The position numbers and the translations under genes were made by a program. A stretch of 64,000 nucleotides of DNA from Saprolegnia diclina VS20 (lineage: Eukaryota), in NCBI RefSeq assembly GCF_000281045.1, contig NW_008246080.1, positions 319,844-383,843 on the forward strand, given 5' to 3'. Below, in pieces: positions 1-11,893 of the stretch. Each line of letters opens with the position of its first letter. Position 1 is the stretch's first letter. The notes under the pieces were generated by a model. It made no database searches, was not told the DNA's origin, and saw nothing but the letters and a program-made list of their open reading frames with translations.

Positions 1-1119
1 GAGCACGTTCGAGAGCTACCCACGCGTTAGCAACGTTATGGAGAGATACAACGACAGACCAGTTTGGGGTCGTAGCGGTCCATGATGGATTCCTTGAGGT
101 ACGCAAACGTGAGCGCGTCGGGTGCGTCCCAGACCGCGGCTTCCTTGGCCGTCATGACCGATGCCATCGTCGCGGGGCCGTTGGCCGCGAGCAGCGCCGG
201 GTCGGGCGCATCGAGAACGTCGAGCCAGCTGCTGACCAAGCGCGTCATCTCGGGGTGACCACGGTACGACGACGAGAGCTGCTTGACGAGGAGCTCTGCG
301 CATATCTATGGCATGAGAGACGCATTCGAGGGGTCGAGCCAACCTGGGCCGTTGGCGTCCGTGTGCGCGCGCAAAAAGCCGTTGATCGCGCTGAGGATAT
401 CGAGCTCCATGATGGCGTCGGTCTTGCCCAGGATCTATACGAGAAGCATGAGTACGTCCTGTCCGTCGCCTGCTCATGCACACCTGGAAGGCCGGTGCGG
501 CTTCGTCCTGGATCGCGTCTGCGAGGGCTCCTGCGTCGTCGTCGTCGCGCAAGATGAGCGTGGACGTCGCTCGTCCCGTGCGCTTGGGCTTGTTCTTGGC
601 CTTGAGCTTGGACGACGCATGCTTCTCGCGCTTCTTGCGCTTCTTGGCCTTCTCATCGTCCTTGGCGCTCACATCGTCCGCAGCCGCCGGCGCCTCGCCG
701 CTTGTTGCGAGGGTTTCGTCGTCTTCTGTCGCTTTGCGCTTGGCGCGCTTCCGGCTCGGGCTCTCGGCGTCCTCGGCTGTGAGTTTGGACGACGACTTCT
801 TCTTCTCGAGCTTCTTCGTCGTCGACTCGTCGCCGGCGTCGTCGGCCTTGGCCGCGATCTTCTCGAGGTCGTCCTTGGTCACGTAGCTCGTGATCTCGAC
901 GTTCTCGGGCTTGATCCACTGCGACGTCTTGGAGACGCGGTCGTAGTAGTAGAGGCGCAGGGTCGTCTTGTCCATGCGCTCTTCCCACGCCTGCTTGGAG
1001 GCCGACGGGAGCTCGGCCGGGACGAAGTCGTCGGGCTTCTCCCACACGCTGGCCTTCGTCCCCTTGTTGTAGTAGTACGACCGCCCGTCCTTGGTCTTGT
1101 GCTCGGTCCAGACAGCCAT
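1..1119 (-). CDS. NELFCD: WW-domain-containing negative elongation factor C/D (TH1-like) protein; multi-exon, 3' end runs off the window start
   Basis: Two WW domains at the N-terminus ([55 protein letters not shown]), then a charged linker. After GT-AG introns (~484-436, ~344-292, 60-16) the protein reads [21 protein letters not shown]...[25 protein letters not shown]...[14 protein letters not shown]. This matches the TH1 N-terminal pattern (D.IMEP.I...L..Y...Q...L..WL...HFDP.K). Confidence 0.75.
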
Positions 1120-1153
1120 TCTTGCGCCAACGGTTCAAAGCGCTACTGAGCAC

Positions 1154-1177
1154 ATCCGGATACGAGCGTCCGGATAA
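1154..1177. promoter_or_regulatory. Paired TCCGGATA motif 35-60 bp upstream of the NELF-C/D start (recurrent upstream motif)
   Basis: ATCCGGATAC at 1154-1163 and TCCGGATAA at 1169-1177. Similar motifs at 3644-3670, 12444-12465 and 59689-59700. Confidence 0.35.
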
Positions 1178-1692
1178 CGCGACGCTGAAGTCATTCCAGT
1201 ATCAACCTCACGCTCCTGCTGGCACGGACACAGGACACGAGGCCCATGTGTCTACTTCGCTCCTCCGCTACGATGGTATGATAGCTGGCATCGCGGAAGC
1301 GTCGTCACCGCAGCAACAAGGCCGGCTGGCGCCGCCTTGATGCATAGGCTGCTCGGTCATACACCAAGGTTTGGATTCGTGCTAGGATGGTGCAGAGAAT
1401 GGTCGGGTTGGAGTAGACGGCCTACCACTGCAAGCACGACACCTGACTAGCATGCTGCCTGGCCTGCGCCTGGAGGTGCTGCTGCGAGCGAAAGTGTCGT
1501 CGTCTGAGCTTGGTTAAAAGGGTCCGTGTTGCCCGAGCATGACATGCCCAACACCTCAAGGCGAAAGTGCGCCGAGCCTTTTGGCGGCTACTACAATGCA
1601 GCTGCATGCGCTGAACGAGAAGGCAAGGTGTGGATCATGGGCCGTGGTCGTGCTAGGATGTATCGTGTTCCTATCCGGTTGTTACTATGGCG

Positions 1693-3577
1693 CTAGTTGC
1701 CGCTGGTTTCGTTTTGCATCGCTTCGACCTTGCGCAGCCCGTTGAGGCCGGCGACGCGGTAGGCTTCGGCAAGCGTCGGGTAGTTGAAGACGGCGTTGCG
1801 GAAGTACTCGAGCGTGCCGCCGGTCGACATGACGACCTGGCCAATGTGAATGATCTCGGTCGCGCCTTCCCCGATCGCGTGGACGCCGAGGAGCTTGAGC
1901 GTACTGGGGCAGAAGATGATCTTGAGAAAGCCGGGCGTGCCGCCGAGCATTTGGCCTTTGGCCAGCTCCTCGTAGCGCGCGACGCCGACCTCGTACGGCA
2001 CGTTCTCCTTTGTGAGCTGCTGCTCCGACTTGCCGACCATCGAGATCTCGGGCACGGTGTAGATGCCAAAGGGAAACACCTCACCCGACCGCATCCGCGT
2101 TCGAAAATGCGACGTCTCGTACGGGTCGAGGTCGGTCCGGTTCTTGTTCGTCGGCTCCGACGTGCGCATGTGCACGGACGCCAGCCGCCCTTGCTCCATC
2201 GAGACCGAAGCGAGGGCCGGGTACCCAATGCAGTCGCCGGCTGCGTAGCTACCGTTTTGCACTGAGCACTCTGGCTGTAAATAAGAAATCTAAGATAACG
2301 CGTACATGTGCGGGACGCTCGTTTGAAAGTTGTTGTTGACTTCAAGGTACCCACGGTTGTTGGCTTCGAGACCAACCGCTTCCAGGTCGAGACCCGTGAC
2401 ATTGCCCTAACGGTCGTACATAGCGTCAGTCATCAGCATTGCGAGAGCGAGGTACCTGGCGACCTTGGGTGTACAGCAAGGCGTCCCCGACAATGATCTT
2501 GCCGCTCTTGAGATGCACGACGACCTCCTTCTCGTCGAGGCGCTTCTCGACAAAGTCGATCGTCTCCTCAGTCAAGAAGCGCGTGCCCCGCTGCCGCATC
2601 GAGTAGCAAAGCGCGTCCGAGACTTCCTTGTCGGCCATTTCAAGAATCTAACAACACGCGACTCACACATAGGACGCGCGAGCGAGACGCTACCTCCTTG
2701 CGGCCGTCAATGACCGTGACCTGCGTGCCAGGGATGATGCTGATCATCGCCGCGTACTCCATGCCAATGACGCCGGCGCCAACGACAATGAGGCGCTTCG
2801 GGACGTTGGTGAGGGCGCCCCAGAGCAGCTGGTCGCTGTCAAAGATGAGCTCGCCGTCAAAGTCCATGTTGGGGTGGCGGGCGGGCCGCGTTCCGACCGA
2901 GATCAGAAACTTGTCGGCCGTGAGCACGCGCTTGCAAATGTTGGCGTCCGAGTGGCGCTGGCCGTCCGTGGCCTCCGTGTACGAGTCGTTCGAAAGCACC
3001 TACGTCATGGGCATGCTACATGAAAGGTGTGCACAGAGAAGGGCGGGCGTACCGCGACCGTCTTCTTGTCTGCATCCGGAAGGAACCGCGCGGTACCGTT
3101 GATGAGGTAGATGCCGTTGCGGAGGAGCTGGTTGCGCGTGAGGTCCATCTCTGCGCTCTCGACCTTCTGGACGCGATCGAGAATGTCCTGGATGCTCATG
3201 CGCTTGCCGCTCGTCGCCGAGTACGCGTTGCCGTAGAAGCCCTTGTGGCGATGCGCCGTCAAGTGCAAGACGGCCTCGCGGAACGTCTTGGACGGAATCG
3301 TGCCCGTGTGCACGCACACGCCGCCGTGCATGTCCTTCTTGTCGATGATCGCGACCTTCTTGCCGTGCTTGGCGCTGTCGATCGCACACTTTTGGCCCGA
3401 CGGACCACTGCCAATGACGACTAAATCAAAATGCTCGCTTGCGCGGAGGTTGCGCAGGATGTTGGTGAACGAGCAGGCGTCATCGGCCTTGGCCTTGGCC
3501 TCAGTCTCGGTCGAGAGAAAGCGGAGGCTAGGGACGGCGGCGCGCCGCGAGCGACGGCCGAGCGCATGCAGCATCAT
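1693..3577 (-). CDS. sthA: Soluble pyridine nucleotide transhydrogenase (Si-specific NAD(P)+ transhydrogenase, flavoprotein) with predicted mitochondrial presequence; 5 exons
   Basis: FAD motif DLVVIGSGPSG. GGVCVHTGTIPSK has a single Cys (CxxxxT, the STH signature). NAD motif VVGAGVIGMEYA; YAAGD; GIYTVPEISMVG. The C-terminus EIIHIGQ...EYFRNAVFNYPTLAEAYRVAGLNGL is typical of SthA/UdhA. Introns at ~3052-3000, 2693-2648, 2455-2407, 2304-2249. Confidence 0.9.
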
Positions 3578-5528
3578 CCTCCGTGGCCGAAATTGACGTT
3601 TGGTTGACAAAGGGCTTGAAAAATCCAGCCAGCCTCAACCATTTTATCCGGATTCATCGACCGGATACGGAGGCGGGACAAACCTTGATTTGTCCCAAAT
3701 CGATGGCATTTTGTCCAAGGACGCCGACAACAAAAAGCTGCTGTGCCACGTCTCGTACGAGCAAAATACAGTGCGATCGAGCAAGCGACCTACACGTACG
3801 TGCACGCGTCGTAGTCCCAGCGCGGGTGTCCAGGCGCTGGCACACACAAACTCTGCAGCGATTCCCGCAGCTCTCGGGCATTTACCCAGATCCGACAAGG
3901 TGTCGGATTTGCGTGCATTTGCTCTCTACAGGCAGCTGTGCTCTGTATAGGTAGAGGACACTGCGACTGCTGCATCTTGCACTGACGCACCGGATGTAAC
4001 TCAAGGGTTGCGAGCTTTGTGGTGGCTATGATAGGCGGCGACAAGTCGTCGTTGTCGGTCTAGTTGTGTCGCACTGTAGCTAGGTAAACTGGCTCGGTCG
4101 TACGCTGCAGACTGTCTGCCTCCTCAAATGTCTGCGTGTTCGCGCTTGCTCGACAATTCTTGTCCTGGCGCCACGATTCCTCGGCCAAGGTTTGTCCCAA
4201 TGTCCCCGACGCGACCGGATATACGGCATCCGGATCGGCCCGACGTTTTTCGCTGGGCGCCGTCACGGCTGTGATTGGCTAATAGCAAACCTGTTACATT
4301 GCATCTTGCTCGGTTAAAATATCCATTGTGACAGGTAGCTGTCCTTGAACATACCCAAGTCATTTGTTGAGGCTGCTGTGGTCGTGCTTCAGCTTGCTCT
4401 TTTTGCGCCAGCGTCTCGGGTACCCGAGCATGTTTCGGCGTCTCTCCGCCCCTTCTCTCTTCGTCACCGCCATCTCACGACGGTCTCTGGATCGAAATCC
4501 AACTACGAACTAAGATTGGCCGAGGTTGAAGAGGCGTGCAGTGGCACAGGAGTCGTACTGGGTGCGGCCCTTGCCGTGCAGCTACTCGCAGTGCAGTGCC
4601 GAGAAACGCAATCGTCTACAGCAGCTTCTACAGCTCATCCTGGCAGCTGCGGCCACCTTCAACTCATTTTTACAGGCTGCGAGTGGTGGCAGACGCCACG
4701 ATTTCTCGGCTTGGCGTCCTTGGAATATCATCCTCACGCTGAACGGCGCGTGATAGTTCATGCGCCGGCTGGCGCTGTAACATACACATCGTTGACATGG
4801 ATGCGGGATCTTGCGCACAGCGAATCACCACCGCGTGGTGTCCGGCCCGCAACGCTTTTTAAAAAGCGCTAGTTAAGTATGGAAATAAAGAGGCTCGATT
4901 GGCTTGGCCTCCGACACTCCAAAGCTGGCACGGCCATCTCGCTGGTATCCCAGTATCCCATCGTACCCACACTCTCGCTACCCTCCTCGCTTTGGAAGGA
5001 AGCGACTGCGAGCGACCATAGGTTGTCCGCGTCTGCGTTGGCGCCATCGTAGCAGAGCATCGCCGATCGATTTCTGTGACTCACGCCGGCGCACTGGCAC
5101 CGCCGACTCGCTTGCGCGCTCGTAATGGCGCGGTCACTGAGGCGTAATGGGCGAGCTTCAGCGTACATCGACCAAGTCTAATAGGGCCAGCACGGGCTTG
5201 GAGGGACCACGCACCATTAGGTACCCGCCGGTTTTGTGCAGGTACAAGTGTACCTTGTCGGCGTCCGTGCCAGCTCTGTCAATGACAGTGACCGTCCGTC
5301 ACGTCCAGTCGTGGACGTCATTGCCATGAACCTCTCTCTGCGCGTCGCGCCAGCAGCGAGATGCACGAAGCCAACGTCGCTCATAAACATAATAAATAGA
5401 AAGCGAGCGCTCGCCAGAAAGCCATGGCAGCAGATGTAATCCGCGAGTAACTACTGTACGCCAGCAGGTCTCGCCATCCATTCCCCAATTCGACGCCCAT
5501 CGTCGCATTATCAGCTTCTCCGGTCATC

Positions 5529-8500
5529 ATGAGCACCTTGCCCGCGACGACCGAGCACAAGGAAGGCTTCTTCCACTGGAAGTGGGGCAAGAACAAGCAG
5601 AAGAAGTCCACGTCCACCAAGAGCCTCCCGCCCATGTCGGCGCCGGCCGTGATTTCGCTGCCGGTGACGCCGACTGCGACGCCGACCGAGTCGACGACCA
5701 ACCGCGCGACCAGCACAGGCCCGCGGTCCGCGCCCGTCCATGGTGGTGACGTGCGCAAGTCCATGGTCGAGACCACGTGGCGGCCGCGCGCTGTCTTGCG
5801 CGACTCGGTCCTCGCCCGCGAGCCAGACGTCGCGATCGAGAAGGCCGTGAAGGGCAAGCTTCTCCTCATGCACCCGTCGACGTCCCTCGACTGGTACAAG
5901 AACCGCATTCGCGAGCTCGAAGCCGACATTCGTACCAACACATGCCGAGCGTGCATTGAAAAGACCGAGGAGGCCGCGCGCCTCCAAGAACAGGTAACGA
6001 TCGAGAAGGGTCGACTGCAAGCCGACATTGAGCGGCTCCGGAAGCGCCTCGGCGAACTCCTCGACGAGAAGAAGCTCTCGGAAACCCAACGCTCGAACCA
6101 AATGTCCGAGCTCCAGCAGACGATCGCTGGCCTCGAGGCGCAGGTTACGTCCGTCTCGGCCGCAGAGGCTGCCGCGGCGGCGGCGACGACGACCGCGTTG
6201 GCGCAGCTCGCCGCCGAACAGGCCGCGGTCGCGGAAAAGACTGCGGCCATCGATGCGCTCTCGTTGCAACTTGCGGACTTGCAACGCGAGTCTGCTGCGA
6301 CGGCCGTGGCGACGTCGGCCGAGTCGGCCGCTTCGGCTGCCGCCATGGCGTCACTTGACGCCCAGCGCACCGAGTTGGTGGCGTCGCTTGCAGCCCTCGA
6401 AACCAGCCACGCGTCGGAGAAGGTTGCTTTGGATGCGTCGGTCGCCGACCTCTCGGCCCAATTGGCGGCGGTCGAGGCCAACCTGGCGTCGTCGTCGGCC
6501 GCCCACGCCGCCGTTGCCGCCGAGCTAGCGACTGCCACGGCCACCGTAACGGCCAAGGACGCCGAAGTGAATGCGCTCAATGCGAAAGCGGACGCCCTTC
6601 AAGTGGAACTGGCGGCCGCCACGGCGGCGGTCGCCACCGCGTCCGAGGCGCATGCAAGCGCGACGGACGCCCATACGCACGCAGCGACTGCGCTTGAAGC
6701 CGAGCGCGATGCGTTGCGCGCCCAGGTCGAGACGCTCGAGACGGCGTCGGCCAACGACAAGGCGTCCCACGTGAGTGCGCTGACCGCGCTCGAAGCGAGC
6801 CTGGCGACGGCGGCCTTGCTGCAGGCCACGACCGAGGGCCAGCGTGCGGCAGCGGAAGCCAAGGAAGCGTCGACGGCAGCCGAGCTCCAGGCCACGACGG
6901 CCAAGCTGGCGACCGTGGAAGGCGAGGCACTGGCGGCGGCCGCGGCCGCCGCGCTTCTTCTCTCGACGACGCGCTCGTCGCACGCCGAGGCCATCGCCGC
7001 GATGGAAGATGAGCGGGACGGGCTCGCCGCCCAGCTCACCGCCCTCGAAGCCAGCCGCGCGTCGGACGCCGCTACGTTTGCGACCACGTCGGCGTCCTTG
7101 GAGGCGCGCATTGCGCAGCTCGAGACGGACGCCGAAGCTGCGGCCGCCCTTCAAGCCACCACGGAAGCGCAACTGAGCGCCGCGATGACGCAGGCCGATG
7201 TCGATGCGGCCGAGCTTGCCGTGCTACGTGCCAAGGTGACAGTCCTCGAAGCCGAAGCCGCAGCGACGACCCTCGCTCTCGCGACCGTGTCGACCGAGCA
7301 CTCGGACACGACGGCGGCGATTCTGGCCGAACGCGACGCGTTCCAAGCGCAACTCGCGGCTGTTGAAGCCGCCAACGCCGCCACGACCGCCGCGCTTGAG
7401 GTTGAAGTTGCCGCTTTGAAGGACCAAGTCTCGGCCCTCGATGCCGCTGTGGCTGCGGCGGCGGCGGCCCAAGCAACGTCCGACGCCGACTTGGCAGCGG
7501 CCAGTAACGACGCGGCGGCCAAGCAAGCCGAGGTCGAGGCTCTCTCAGCGCAGCTTGACGCGGCGGCTCAGGCGCAAGTCGAGGCGGCCGAGGCCACCGC
7601 GGCGCTGACGACCGAGCGTGACGCCCTTCTGGCGACGGTTGCGTCGTTGGAAGATTCGTCGAATGCGTCGGCGACCGAGCTCGCGGCTCGCATTGCGGCG
7701 CTTGAAGCCGAGGCCACGGTGGTCCTCGCTGCGCGTGACGACGCAACGAGCCGCGTCGCTGAGCTTGAAGCAGAGCTCGTGACGTCGCAGGCGAGCGCGG
7801 AGGAGGCGTCGGCCGCGGTCGCTGCCCGCGAGTCCTCCAACAGCGAGTTGGCCGCGCAGGTCGCGGCGCTCACGCTCGACCGGGACACGCGTGCGGCGCA
7901 CGTGACGGCGCTGGAAGCGGCACATGCCACGGATGCCACGGCGCACGCGGCGGCGATTGCCGAATACAAGGCCCAGCTTGTGGCATTCGAGGCGCAAGTG
8001 GCCGCGGCGGCGGTGGCGTATGCCGCGCTGGAAGCGGCATCGAGTAACACGGACGCGTCGGTGACCGCGCTCACAAGCTCGATTGCGCAGCTGGAAGCCG
8101 ACGCCGCGCTGCAGGCGGCGCATATCGTGACGCTCACATCGGCCCGCGACGACCTCCACGCGCAGATGTCGGCCCTCGAGGTATCGCACGCCGCCGAGAT
8201 CGAAGCGCTCGAGGCGCAGCTGGCGGCCGCGGAAGCCAAGGCGCTTGATGGCGACGCCTCGGCTGACCAGGTGGTGGTCCTGCAGGCGACATTGGAATCG
8301 ACGACTGCCGAGCACGCGGCGGCCCTCGCCGCGGTGACCGAGCAGGTTGTCGCCAAGAACGCCGAGCTTGCGGCGTTGGCCGCGGAGAAGGACGCGCTGT
8401 CGACTGCCAACGCGGAGCTCTCGGCGACGATTGCGCAGCTGCAGACCGAGGCAATGACGTTGACGGCGGCCAATACGACGCTCGAGACCTCGTACGCTGC

Positions 8501-9816
8501 TCAAATCGACGAGCTCAAGGATACGATCGCCTCGCTGGAGGCGACGTCGGCGACTGCGTTGGCAACGGCGGTCGCCGAGCACGCTATCGCGCTCGCTGCT
8601 GCGCAAACCCACGTGACGACGATCGAAGCCGCCAAGGACGAGCAGCTCGCCGAGCTCACAGCACACAACGAAGCGCTGACGCTGGCGACGGACGAGCAGC
8701 AGACAGTGATCCAGCGGCTCGAAGCCGACATTGCGGTCGAGAAGGAGCAAATGGCGACGCTGTCGAGCGACCACGCGGCGAAGGAGGCCCTCCTGCTGGC
8801 CAAGATCGCCGAGCTCGAGGCGCGCCTCGCAGCCTTTGACGGCATCGAAGCCGAGCTGGAAGCCAAGCGGTTGGCCGAAGTCGCACGGTTGGCCAAAGAG
8901 TACGTCGTCGGACATGGGTTGGATAGCGCGCTCATACTTGTTTAGGGCAAACGACGCTGAAGCGGCGGCCGCCGACGCCGCGCGGCTGCGGGCACTCGCC
9001 GAGCAGGAAGAGCGTCTGCGGCTCAAGCCCACGAGCACGGTCTCGCGCCTCCTCCGCGTGCAGGTCGAGCGCTGCGAGGACCTTGTCGCGGCCGACACGG
9101 TCTTCATGGGCGGCAAGAGTGATCCGTATGTGGTCATGAAGGTCGGCGACAAGAAGTTCAAGACGACGACGGTCACGTCCGAGCTCAACCCGGTCTGGAC
9201 GCACGAGATCCACGAGTTTACACTTACCGAGGGCCTCATGTACACGAAATCGCTCGAGCTCTTCGTGATGGACCACGACAAGATTGGTGACGACGAGATC
9301 ATTGGGTCGCTCACGCTGCCGCTCCTGCAGTTTGAGCAGTCGCCGCCGACGGGCAAGGAGGCCATCTTCGACCTCGATGTGCCCGTGACGTTCATGAGCC
9401 AAAACAAGGCGAGCAAGATCGTCGTCAAGTTCGAGTTGCTCACAGAAGAGATCGAAAAGTCGTCCAAGGAGCAGCTCATGTGGGAGAACGAGCGGTACGC
9501 CAACCGGGCGTGGGCCAAGGAGAATTTGCTGCCAAAAGAGCGCAAGGCGTGGAGCGTCGGCGCCCGGTCCGGCGACTCGCGCGAGCAAATGCAGCCCAAG
9601 ATCCCGAAAGGCATGGAGACGAAGCTCGGGTGGAGCCTCGACCTCGACCACGGTGATGACAACGGGTGGTTTTACGCCAAGTCGTTTGACGGACCGTGGC
9701 TCAACCAGTCGAATTCGTCAGTCGAAGTGCGCCGCCGCATGTGGACCCAGCGCTGCACGACGATCGTCGTCGTGGACGACAACCAAGTCGACGACGCGGC
9801 GACGACGGCGGCGTAA
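5529..9816 (+). CDS. Very long Ala/Glu-rich coiled-coil protein with C-terminal C2 domain and DysF (dysferlin/peroxin)-like domain; 2 exons
   Basis: The 1138-aa ORF joins the next frame through an intron at 8900-8945 (GTACGT...TTTAG). C2: LRVQVERCEDLVAAD...GKSDPYVVMKVGDKKFKT...LNPVW...VMDHDKIGDDEIIG. DysF-like: WENERY...W...GW.LD...DDNGWFYA..F...VRRRMW. Confidence 0.8.
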
Positions 9817-9974
9817 ACTGTTGATACTGCAAGTGTAGTCGTACCAAGATATATAAGACCAACATTGTATTTTTCTGTACAAATGGTCTACTCTAAGCTG
9901 CAGACGTAGTGTGTTGCATGACAGTCGTAGACTGGTGTCGCTCTGCTGATGAAACACTCGAGCAAGTGTCTGAG

Positions 9975-10014
9975 ATTGATATATTGATATATTGATATAT
10001 TGATAGATTGATAC
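9975..10014. repeat. 8-bp tandem repeat (ATTGATAT) x5
   Basis: attgatat attgatat attgatat attgatag attgatac, lying between convergent gene 3' ends. Confidence 0.9.
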
Positions 10015-10192
10015 ATAGGAGGTTTCCTAGAGCGTTCGCGAGACGATCATTTTTGGTTCGGACTGGCAGAGATCAAGGGCACTGTCTGATTCTGGTGCAG
10101 TTGTCCCATGACACTCCTTGCGTCTGCGAGCACCAGACTCGACAAGAAAAATGAATTATTATTTGGTAGACAACTAGAAACTTATTGCAAAC

Positions 10193-11893
10193 TCAAGAAT
10201 CGTCGCTAGCGTCGAGAAGCATCGCGTGCCCTCGGTCGTCATGCTCCCACATGCACAGCTCGGTGTAGCACGAGAGCCAGTCAATGTAGTGGCACTCGTC
10301 GTACAGCCCGTCCTCGGCTTCTCTTCGTGCGTCGTTCTCAGCCATGTTGTTTGCATCTGCCTTCTCGCCCATGCACGCGTCGGCACCTTGGACGTCGGGG
10401 ATCGCGGCGACGTCTGCCCCGGCGCAGCCGGCGTCCCGCAGACGCTGCAGCACCGCAGCATCTCGGTTCGCGACTGCACACGCGACAGCGCTTCGTGCGC
10501 GCTCGTGGTCCGCGTCGACTAGCAGCAAGAACTGCAGTGTTTGGTCTTGGCTTTCTTGGGCGGCCCAAAAGATGCCCCAGTGGGTAAATCCTTCCGTGCG
10601 GTGCTCGTACAGGTACATGAGGACATCGAGGTGACCTCGCTTGGCGGCGACGTCCATGGCCAACGTCGTACAGCCTTCGTCTCGGTGCATGCAGAGAAAG
10701 CGGACCATGTTCAAATGGCCAAAGCCGGCGGCGCGGTCCAAAGCGCGGTGGGTGCCACCTTCATGTCGATGGTCGCTCAAGTAACGCACCATCTCCATGT
10801 AGTTGTTGCGCGCAGCAACGTCAAATGCGATCGGACTGTAGCCTTCGGTCCGGTGCGTATGGAGGAAGCGCACGATGTGGAGGTTGTTGGCCATGATGGC
10901 AGCATCCATTGCGTCGACGGTGCAGCCGGCTGTAAAGTGGGCCTGAAGGTACGCGAGCGTGGCCAAGTGCCCGCCCGCGGCCGCACTGTTCATCGCTTGG
11001 CGCGTGCACCCCGCGTTAAACCGTTCGTGCAGCAGCTGCACCGTGTGGAGGTCGCCGTTGGCCGCCGCCGCGTCGACCGTGCGGATTGAAAACGACACGT
11101 TGTACGCGGCCATGAGAAACTCGACCATGTCGACACGGCCCGTGCGCGCGATCAGATCGAGCGCTGCGGAGGTGCAGCCTTCGGAGCGGTGCTTGTGGAG
11201 CCAGTCGACGACGTCAAAGTGCCCGCCGCACGCCGCGCTGTCCATGGCGGTCGTCGAACACGTGCCGCCCGCCGCGTGGAGCACTTGGAGCACCTCCAGG
11301 TGACCCGCACCGGCGGCAAGATCCATCGCGTGGCCTCGTAGCGGCCGGTCCATGAAGAACACCTCGGACATGCGCTCTGGTTCCAGGACGTTCTCGAGCA
11401 GGTGCCGCAGCAGCGACGCGTGGCCGCCGCACACCGCCGCATGCGCCAGTGCCACCGGACAGCGCAGCATCGGTGCAAGCACGTCGAGCCACACGTGCGT
11501 CATGGGCGCCACGAGAATCTCGGGCACAATGAGACCTTCGGTGACGATGCGGCCCTCGCTGTCGACGGCGGGTCTGGAGGCGTCGTAGAACGTCACATAG
11601 TAGAACGACCTGTCGTGCGTCGTGCCGGTCGGGAAGGCGGCGTCACCGAGAAAGCGACAGAGGCGGTCGTACGTGGCGCGCGATTGGACGCAACGAAAGC
11701 TGCTTTTGTCGAGCTGCACGCGCGGCAGCTGCGCCCAGTCGCCGGGCCACTCGCTCCGCAAGGCGTCTTCCCAGATGCCACGCTTCGTCGCGGGCTCCAA
11801 GGTCGCGTCGCCCAAGCGGCCAGCGAGGTACTGCGTGAGCAGACCGGCGTATCCCATGATGGTGTCGTGGAGCGGCTCGATCGTCGCCCACAT
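10193..11893 (-). CDS. Ankyrin-repeat protein (oomycete-type expanded family), 566 aa, single exon
   Basis: About 9 degenerate ankyrin repeats of the form AMD.AA..GHL.VV.(W/F/Y)LH.HR.EGCT. Confidence 0.9.
   Translation of the reverse strand: MWATIEPLHDTIMGYAGLLTQYLAGRLGDATLEPATKRGIWEDALRSEWPGDWAQLPRVQLDKSSFRCVQSRATYDRLCRFLGDAAFPTGTTHDRSFYYVTFYDASRPAVDSEGRIVTEGLIVPEILVAPMTHVWLDVLAPMLRCPVALAHAAVCGGHASLLRHLLENVLEPERMSEVFFMDRPLRGHAMDLAAGAGHLEVLQVLHAAGGTCSTTAMDSAACGGHFDVVDWLHKHRSEGCTSAALDLIARTGRVDMVEFLMAAYNVSFSIRTVDAAAANGDLHTVQLLHERFNAGCTRQAMNSAAAGGHLATLAYLQAHFTAGCTVDAMDAAIMANNLHIVRFLHTHRTEGYSPIAFDVAARNNYMEMVRYLSDHRHEGGTHRALDRAAGFGHLNMVRFLCMHRDEGCTTLAMDVAAKRGHLDVLMYLYEHRTEGFTHWGIFWAAQESQDQTLQFLLLVDADHERARSAVACAVANRDAAVLQRLRDAGCAGADVAAIPDVQGADACMGEKADANNMAENDARREAEDGLYDECHYIDWLSCYTELCMWEHDDRGHAMLLDASDDS

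Noticed and set aside
1693..3577. Dihydrolipoamide dehydrogenase, or bacterial contamination
   Set aside because: Lacks the second redox Cys and the C-terminal HPT.(S)E motif (has NYPTLAE). Spliceosomal introns and eukaryotic neighbours argue against contamination.
4853..4868. 16-bp palindrome CGCTTTTTAAAAAGCG and neighbouring ORFs at 4345-4872
   Set aside because: Short and low-complexity; the ORFs have no supporting features.
5381..9662. Long antisense ORFs (e.g. 7545-9662, 705 aa; 5381-6580, 399 aa) opposite the coiled-coil gene
   Set aside because: Shadow ORFs expected from GC-rich, Ala-rich codon usage; no recognisable motifs.
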